DNA from: Minisyncoccota bacterium
Lineage (GTDB): Bacteria; Patescibacteriota; Minisyncoccia; Phycocordibacterales; UBA9973
Direction: 5' to 3'
DNA: 64,000 bases
Assembly (NCBI GenBank): GCA_028718635.1
Contig: JAQULK010000001.1
Coordinates: forward strand, 607,834 to 671,833
Below are positions 57,644-64,000 of the stretch, one piece after another. Within the stretch, counting starts at the first letter, position 1; each line of letters starts with the position of its first letter. The position numbers were made by a program, and so were the translations under genes. The notes below the pieces were generated by a model that saw only the letters and a list, made by a program, of their open reading frames with translations, searched no databases and was not told the origin of the DNA.

Positions 57644-58189
57644 TTATTTTAGACCAAAGTGTTTTCGTAGATTTTCGTCATAATCGAGCTTTTCTACCAC
57701 CATATATCTTATATTTTTACCAAAAGACAAATCGGTTTTTAAGAGCTCAATAAATTCTGCACAGTTATATGGATAAATCCAAACGCTACGTTGAAGTTGA
57801 ATAAAACCAAAATCTTTTATTTCTAAGCGTAAAAGATTTCTTTTAGATCTGGCATTTTCCCAAACATCAAAAATGACTACTCTCCACTTGCCATCCCATT
57901 TAGTATTTTTCTTTTTCTCTTTAATTTGATAATAAAGGAGTTTTCGTTTTCCTTTTTCAGTCAAACGTAAAAACTGTTTCCCGTTTTCTGTTTCTATTTT
58001 AAGCAATCCATCTTTCACAAGTTTTTGTGCTTTTTGATTTAAATAATATTTAAGATTATATTTTTTCTTTTGTTTTAAAAATGGTTTTAAAATTTGTAAA
58101 GCATTGGGCGCCAACACCACAATTGATAAAACCCCTACGGTAGCAACCGTCATTAAAATAATTTTTTTAAAATCAATCTTTTTATCCAT
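57644..58189 (-). CDS. PaaX-like repressor (wHTH + Cas2-like domain)
   Basis: LTEKG, KWDGKWRVVIFDVWE, GFIQLQRSVWIYPY. Confidence 0.8.
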   Translation of the reverse strand: MDKKIDFKKIILMTVATVGVLSIVVLAPNALQILKPFLKQKKKYNLKYYLNQKAQKLVKDGLLKIETENGKQFLRLTEKGKRKLLYYQIKEKKKNTKWDGKWRVVIFDVWENARSKRNLLRLEIKDFGFIQLQRSVWIYPYNCAEFIELLKTDLSFGKNIRYMVVEKLDYDENLRKHFGLK

Positions 58190-58227
58190 AATTTCATTAT
58201 ACTACAAAAGTAGACGACCGCATATTT

Positions 58228-58638
58228 TTATAACAAAGTTTTTAATACAATTTTTCTATGAGCTTCTTCGGCTTTTTCTAAATTAACACCAAATTTTTGC
58301 AAATGACTTACTACTTTTTGAACCCTTTTATAATTTCCACAAAAATTAGAAACGCCCTTGGGTAAACCAACAAATAAATAAATCTCACGCCAAACTAATT
58401 TCCTATCCATAAATTTTTTTACAGAATTTCTTGTAATTTTCCAAATTTCTCCATTTATTCCAAAACGCCAATATAACCAAAGCTGTAAAAAATGTAACAC
58501 GTCTTCAAATTCTTCGTGAATTCCTTTTTTATTAAATTTTATAATTTCCGTAATTAACTCTCGAACTTCCAAAAGAAGTTCTAAAAAAGTAATCTTTTCT
58601 CCATTAGAATATTCTTTAATATATTCACCAATATTCAT
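58228..58638 (-). CDS. Hypothetical protein (possibly MazG-like helical)
   Basis: EVRE...EEFEDVL acidic motif. Confidence 0.5.
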   Translation of the reverse strand: MNIGEYIKEYSNGEKITFLELLLEVRELITEIIKFNKKGIHEEFEDVLHFLQLWLYWRFGINGEIWKITRNSVKKFMDRKLVWREIYLFVGLPKGVSNFCGNYKRVQKVVSHLQKFGVNLEKAEEAHRKIVLKTLL

Positions 58639-58648
58639 TTAGATTTTT

Positions 58649-61189
58649 TTAATTAACTAACGATTTTCTGTGCTGAGGTGCATTGATCATTCCGCACTTT
58701 TTCCATTTATATACTTCACCTGTAGCCGGGTTGATAGCTCCGCAAGGACACGGATCGTTCCGACCAATGTTGTTCACTGGATCAGTTTGGGCGCTTTTGG
58801 CATCTTCGCTCGGCTCTTCATGACTCGTGATTAAAGTTTGTTTCGGGGTACTTTCTTCAGCTTTTATATTTATAATATTATCGGTTTTTATATTATTTAT
58901 AAGCGAGGAAACTTGATCCTTAAAAGCTATTTCCATTTCCTTAAACATAGCAAGACCGTCTTTTTTATATTCCACGATAGGCTCTCGCTGCCCGTAAGCC
59001 CGCAAATTTACCGACGAACGCAAATAATCCATCGCTTCCAAATGCTCCATCCAAAGCGTGTCATTTACATAAAAAGCAATCCTTCTGACAGTTTCAAAAA
59101 ACGCCTCCTCACCAAGTTTTTTTCTTTTCTCCTCTAAAACTTTAGCAAAGCTTTCCCTGGTCATCGCAATATCATAAAGCAAAGCTTCAATTTCTGTCCT
59201 ATCCGCTCGCAACATTTTTTGCCTTCTTTCGTAAATTATTTTGCGTTGATGATTCATCACATCATCATATTCAAGGGTGTTTTTTCTGGCATCAAAATGA
59301 AAACCTTCAATTTTTGCCTGAGCTCCTTCCAAGGTTTTACTGATAAAACGATTTTCTATAGGCTGATCTTCGGAGATGCCAAAACGTCCCATCATTGTTT
59401 TTATTTTTTCCGAACCAAACACTCGCATCAAGTCGTCATCCAATGAAACGTAAAACTGCGTTTCTCCCGGATCGCCCTGCCTTCCAGCTCGTCCTCGTAG
59501 CTGGTTATCGATTCTCCTTGCTTCATGCCTCTCTGTGCCTAAAACGAAAAGTCCTCCAACACTTTTAACAAATTCATATTCTCCGGGAACCAAAGGATTG
59601 CCTCCGAGTTTTATGTCTATTCCGCGTCCAGCCATATTTGTAGCGATGGTTACTGCCCCCCGACGTCCCGCTTGCGCAATTATTTCACCTTCTTTTTCAT
59701 GATTTTTGGCATTTAATATCGTATGTTGCACGCCTTCTTGTTTGAGATACACGGAAAGAAGTTCATTTTTTTCAATAGAGATGGTGCCGATCAAAACCGG
59801 AGTTCCTTTTGAATTCAATTCTTTTACTTTCCTGGCGATAGCTTGAAATTTTCCTTTTTCTGTTTGAAAAATTAAATCACTATGATCGATACGAATGACG
59901 GGCATATTGGTCGGGATTACAATAACATCAAGCCCATAAACTTTTAAAAATTCTTCTGCGGAAGTGGCTGCTGTTCCGGTCATACCGGAAAGTTTTTTAT
60001 AAAATCTAAAATAATTTTGAAAAGTAATAGAACCGGATGATCGAGTCTCTTTTTCAATTTTTACTCCCTCTTTCGCTTCTATCGCTTGATGAATACCTTC
60101 ACTCCAACGCCTGCCCGGCTGAAGACGCCCGGTAAAAGGATCCACGATGATAACTTCCCCTTCCTTCACGACGTAATCTTTGTCGCGTTCAAAAATAGCT
60201 TGCGCTTTTACGGCAGTTTCCAAATGATGCACATATTTTATACCCTTTTCTGTGTAAATATTTTCAATACCTAAAAGTTGTTCAGCTTTTGTTATACCAG
60301 CATCAGAGAGAGATATCGCTTTTAGCTTCTCATCTACCTCATAATCCAGATCGCGCTTGAGTTGTTTTGCAATGTTAAAAAATTTTATATAAAAATCTTC
60401 AGAATCTCCAGAAGCAGAAGAAATAATAAGAGGGGTGCGAGCTTCATCAATTAAAATAGAATCCACCTCGTCCACAATGGCAAAATTGTGTCCTCTTTGC
60501 ACGAGATCATTTACACTCGTAGCTAAATTATCTCGTAAATAGTCAAAACCATATTCATGATTTGTGCCATAAGTTACATCTGCCTCATAGGCCTCTCTGC
60601 GGGAACAAGGTTTCAAAAAATCATAAACAATTTTAAATTCTCCGACTGAGTCTCTCTCTAAATCCTCTTCTTTGTGCGTGGCGTCATAAAGAAAAGAAAC
60701 ATTTTGTGAATTAATAACTCCGACGCTTAATCCTAAAAAATTATAAACTTGACCCATCAATACCGCGCCTATCCTAGAAAGATAATCATTGACTGTGACA
60801 ATGTGCACCCCCTCGGATGTAAGCGCATTTAAATATGCAGGAAGAACCGCAACAAAAGTTTTTCCTTCTCCCGTTTTCATTTCAGCAATTTTACCTTCAT
60901 GTAATGCCAAACCTCCGACAAGCTGAACATCAAAAAGACGTTTATTATCTACTCTTCTCAACGCTTCCCTCACGAGAGCAAAAGCTTCTGGTAATATTTC
61001 GTTTAAAGTTTCTGCTTTATTACTAGAATTGTTTAATTTATCCTTGAATTCCAGAGTTTTTTTAGGAAAAGCGTCATCTGTTAAGACCGAAATATCCGCC
61101 TCTAAAACATTGATTTTGGACACTATTTTTTCCGTATCTTTTATGAATTTAGAGCTTTCGTCTCCAAATATTTTACTATATAAACTCAT
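58649..61189 (-). CDS. secA: Preprotein translocase SecA
   Basis: EMKTGEGKT, VDEVDSILIDEARTPL, RRIDNQLRGRAGRQGDPG, GRNDPCPCG. Confidence 0.98.
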   Translation of the reverse strand: MSLYSKIFGDESSKFIKDTEKIVSKINVLEADISVLTDDAFPKKTLEFKDKLNNSSNKAETLNEILPEAFALVREALRRVDNKRLFDVQLVGGLALHEGKIAEMKTGEGKTFVAVLPAYLNALTSEGVHIVTVNDYLSRIGAVLMGQVYNFLGLSVGVINSQNVSFLYDATHKEEDLERDSVGEFKIVYDFLKPCSRREAYEADVTYGTNHEYGFDYLRDNLATSVNDLVQRGHNFAIVDEVDSILIDEARTPLIISSASGDSEDFYIKFFNIAKQLKRDLDYEVDEKLKAISLSDAGITKAEQLLGIENIYTEKGIKYVHHLETAVKAQAIFERDKDYVVKEGEVIIVDPFTGRLQPGRRWSEGIHQAIEAKEGVKIEKETRSSGSITFQNYFRFYKKLSGMTGTAATSAEEFLKVYGLDVIVIPTNMPVIRIDHSDLIFQTEKGKFQAIARKVKELNSKGTPVLIGTISIEKNELLSVYLKQEGVQHTILNAKNHEKEGEIIAQAGRRGAVTIATNMAGRGIDIKLGGNPLVPGEYEFVKSVGGLFVLGTERHEARRIDNQLRGRAGRQGDPGETQFYVSLDDDLMRVFGSEKIKTMMGRFGISEDQPIENRFISKTLEGAQAKIEGFHFDARKNTLEYDDVMNHQRKIIYERRQKMLRADRTEIEALLYDIAMTRESFAKVLEEKRKKLGEEAFFETVRRIAFYVNDTLWMEHLEAMDYLRSSVNLRAYGQREPIVEYKKDGLAMFKEMEIAFKDQVSSLINNIKTDNIINIKAEESTPKQTLITSHEEPSEDAKSAQTDPVNNIGRNDPCPCGAINPATGEVYKWKKCGMINAPQHRKSLVN

Positions 61190-61281
61190 ATATATATACT
61201 AGCATAAAATGAAAAATCCTCCGAACGGAGGATTTTTCTAAGAAATCCCGACCTATGTCGGGATCCCGACTTTGGTCGGGA

Positions 61282-61341
61282 CTATGCTCGCTTCTTTGTA
61301 GTCTTTTTTGCTGCCTTCTTTGCTTTCTTTTTTGCTGCCAT
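61282..61341 (-). CDS. 19-aa Lys/Ala-rich basic peptide
   Basis: Manual translation MAAKKKAKKAAKKTTKKRA*, followed by a REP doublet and a terminator hairpin. Confidence 0.55.
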   Translation of the reverse strand: MAAKKKAKKAAKKTTKKRA

Positions 61342-61725
61342 ATTATTTGTCGCTTACGCGAAATTATTTTTTTAATTTTAGTTTGCAATAAACCGACCGA
61401 AAATATTTATTGCTTCGAACTACATTAATTATCTCGCATAATAAAAAATTAAACAATACTTTTTTCACAAAACTGTGGATAACTTTTTTAAAAAGAAAAA
61501 TGAAAAAGTTTTTAGAATGCATTGCGCAGGCGGACGCGCCGAGCATAGCAAATTTTTAGCAAAAAATTATGTGCGCATTATAAAAATTGTTTTCATTTTT
61601 CTTTTTTACAAAAAAAAATTATTTTCATTTGAAGCGGGTGATGGCTAACCTCCAACATATGTGCCTATGTGAGTGCGATCACCCGCTACAGATAAAAATA
61701 ATTTAAATATATTGTATCACAAAGT

Positions 61726-61796
61726 TCGGGCCGCTGGGAATCGAACCCAGTCTACATCCTCCCGAAGGATGCGTACGACCGGTATACTACGGCCCG
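61726..61796 (-). tRNA. tRNA-Pro(CGG)
   Basis: Acceptor cgggccg/cggcccg, catcc-ttCGGga-ggatg, GTTCGATTC. Confidence 0.93.
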
Positions 61797-61798
61797 AT

Positions 61799-62632
61799 TT
61801 ATGCCTTTCTTTCTAAGGCTCTTTCTAAAATATGCTCTATGACAGTGTGCGGTTCGGCGCCGACATATCCACAAACTTGAGAGAAATGCGAATCTGGTTT
61901 TAAATCAGGTATTCCGGTAATTTGCAAAAGATAAATCTTGCTCTTGGAATTCAAAACAAAATCCATTTTTAGATAGTGGCCTCCGCCAATATTTTTATGC
62001 AAATCTTTCACTAAAGCATTCAATCTTTCTTTTTCAGCATCGGAAAAGGAACCAAAAGAGTTTCCAAGTGGAAAAATATAAATTTCCTGTCCGCGGAATC
62101 CTGGAACAGAATGCAGAGACGCAATTTTCCCGAGAATAAATTCTTCCACTATTACGTCATCACTGTCGTTTATAATTTTTGAAAGTTCATCAAAAGTTTT
62201 TACTATTCTAATTTCGTTAGAACTTTTTACAATCCACGGCGCTCCAAATTTTCCAAAAACTTCTCGCGCAGACTTAGGAGAAATTACAGATCGAGGCATT
62301 TGCACACCGAATTGCTTTAGTTTTTCTAACAAATAATCTTTATTGCCCGCATTGGGAATGGCTAAGCTGTCGAGAATGTTTGAAAAGCTTGGGTGTGTTG
62401 TGTTCCACACTACATCAATTTTATTTATTAAATCACTAGTATTGATCGGCAAGCCGCCTAAATGCCAAACATAATCCTTGTCAACTAAAATATCCATCAC
62501 TTTATACTTCTTTCCCAATCTTTCATAAATATGCGAAATAATTTCCCCGCCTTTCTGCAAGGAAGACTTATAGTGTTTTCCCGAACCGCCTCGCAACACT
62601 CCAACTCTTTTTTTACTTTTAGTCTCTACCAT
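61799..62632 (-). CDS. D-Ala-D-Ala ligase-like ATP-grasp protein (degenerate)
   Basis: RVGVLRGG...H..SL..G, VIVEEFI.G; the E-x-N motif is replaced by LQIT. Confidence 0.65.
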   Translation of the reverse strand: MVETKSKKRVGVLRGGSGKHYKSSLQKGGEIISHIYERLGKKYKVMDILVDKDYVWHLGGLPINTSDLINKIDVVWNTTHPSFSNILDSLAIPNAGNKDYLLEKLKQFGVQMPRSVISPKSAREVFGKFGAPWIVKSSNEIRIVKTFDELSKIINDSDDVIVEEFILGKIASLHSVPGFRGQEIYIFPLGNSFGSFSDAEKERLNALVKDLHKNIGGGHYLKMDFVLNSKSKIYLLQITGIPDLKPDSHFSQVCGYVGAEPHTVIEHILERALERKA

Positions 62633-62653
62633 AAATAAATTATATCACAAACA

Positions 62654-62687
62654 AAAAAATACCAAGGGTTCCCCTTGGTATTTTTTT
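62654..62687 (-). terminator. Terminator downstream of the 16S gene
   Basis: aaaaaataccaaggg-ttc-cccttggtattttttt. Confidence 0.75.
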
Positions 62688-63035
62688 GTTGCTGTTGTTT
62701 GTTTTGTTTCGTTCTTATAACTTAAGAGTCTTTCCTCTCTGTCAATATATCTTTTTAAGTCCACAACATATTTAGACTATTGTGTCGTCAATTGAGCGAC
62801 ACAATACCGACTCAATATATCCAACCTCTCCGAGGTCAGTTTTCGTTTTGAGACGAGAAACTCAATTCTATAAAATTTCTTTCATAAAACTGGGACGTTT
62901 TTCAAATTGAATTATTCCACGACCAGCTTCCGCTAGCCGTGCCTTGTTACGACTTAGTCCCTGTCACCGAGCTTACCTTAGGACCCACTTATGCGGATAC
63001 TTCGGGTACTCCCGGCTCCCTTGACTTGACGGGCG

Positions 63036-63886
63036 AATACTTTCGTTAAACTACGAATTTGTGTTCCCACCGAACGGACGGATTTCCCGTATTCGGCGAG
63101 CTCTAATGCATGTGTTGTTTTAAGGAATACAACTTCTTTAATCCAGATTCTTTTAAATGTATACCATTATCAATCATCGAAAACATTTTGCAAAATATAT
63201 CGAAATCTTTCTTTTTTGAAGGAAATTTCAATATGTGTTTCTTGAAAAATGGAATTATGACTGATTTTAGGTCGTTTCTATTGTAAACTTCATATCTATA
63301 ACAATTTTGATGATTGGGACGCGTATCTTTTTGAAAATACACACTGCCACAACCAAAGAAATTTTTTAATTGATATAAAATCTTTTTATCTTTCTCAACA
63401 AGTTTCAAATAAAATTTTGGTTCTATTTTAACTCTCCGAGAATGAGAAACTTTAGAAGGATTTCGAACGTAAACAGTAAAACTGCCTTCGCCATCCACTA
63501 AACCTATAATGTAATCTGGGTTAATGTTTTGCATAGAGTGAATACCTTCCCTTGACATAAGGTCGAGGTACTATGATTCAGCTGACTTCTGACGCTGCGT
63601 AAGTTTAATTATATCATATCTTTCGAAATGACAACAACATCAGATCTCCACAGGTCACTTAAAATTCTTTTCCAAACATCCCAAACGAGCTTTTCTACGA
63701 GTTTTCCCTACCCTCACCACCCACTAGTAGGTCAACTGACTCTTTTTTATGTCGGGCTGCTCTTTGTTTCCAGATCCTCCACCATTTACCTCGCGGTAAA
63801 AGGCTATCTTTCTACTACGCTTCGATTACGAATCGAAGGAATGGATTTAAACCATTTAGAAAATTAAGCTGCTGCGCGCTTTTATT
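63036..63886 (-). mobile_element. 851-nt group II-like intron at about E. coli 16S position 1399/1400
   Basis: Splits the conserved GTACTCAC|CGCCCGTC; domain V-like hairpin at ~63066-63100. Confidence 0.8.
63103..63558 (-). CDS. Single-motif LAGLIDADG homing endonuclease (intron-encoded)
   Basis: PDYIIGLVDGEGSF, FFGCGSV, IIPFFKKH.L...KKKDF. Confidence 0.93.
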   Translation of the reverse strand: MSREGIHSMQNINPDYIIGLVDGEGSFTVYVRNPSKVSHSRRVKIEPKFYLKLVEKDKKILYQLKNFFGCGSVYFQKDTRPNHQNCYRYEVYNRNDLKSVIIPFFKKHILKFPSKKKDFDIFCKMFSMIDNGIHLKESGLKKLYSLKQHMH

Positions 63887-63952
63887 GTGAGTACAAGACT
63901 TGAGAACGTATTCACCGCAGTTTAGCTGACCTGCGATTACTAGCAATTCCAG

Positions 63953-63988
<36 letters not shown>

Positions 63989-64000
63989 AGGGCCACTTTT

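Noticed and set aside
57644-58189. Cas2-like domain suggesting a CRISPR-Cas locus
   Set aside because: No repeat-spacer array or other cas genes in the window; wHTH + WDGKWR fits PaaX-like repressors.
12-61026. Numerous short antisense or nested ORFs in the ORF track
   Set aside because: Shadow frames of well-supported genes on the other strand or in another frame.
63628-63867. 79-aa plus-strand ORF in the intron
   Set aside because: Antisense to the intron RNA, with no recognisable motif.
63036-63886. Group I intron interpretation
   Set aside because: The 5' exon ends in C rather than U, the intron does not end in G, and a domain V-like hairpin is present; not fully excluded without a covariance-model search.

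Overview
Gene-dense, AT-rich bacterial chromosome segment with the gene content of a CPR/Patescibacteria (Parcubacteria, Nomurabacteria-like) genome; the taxon is inferred from short AlaS and IF2, a VirB2-like pilin cluster, a PaaX-like repressor and an intron-containing 16S. It holds the end of the alpha ribosomal operon, housekeeping genes (alaS, mnmA, typA, clpB, infB, rbfA, gyrA, rpsA, murC/D/E, secA), six tRNAs and the 3' part of a 16S rRNA gene. Main unusual structures: (1) a 7-kb serine-recombinase element at tRNA-Leu(TAA) carrying an inverted internal copy of its own attP-like junction, giving two adjacent potentially invertible segments, one of which would swap the recombinase C-terminus; (2) seven short inverted-repeat elements sitting exactly at start codons, six of which duplicate the ATG; (3) many palindromes inserted in frame into core proteins; (4) a (GA)n leader peptide upstream of a terminator in front of a large surface protein; (5) a group II-like LAGLIDADG intron at 16S position ~1399/1400, in a 16S that lacks the anti-Shine-Dalgarno tail and is not followed by 23S; (6) a MurL-MurD fusion. 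All coordinates were counted by eye and no database searches were run.
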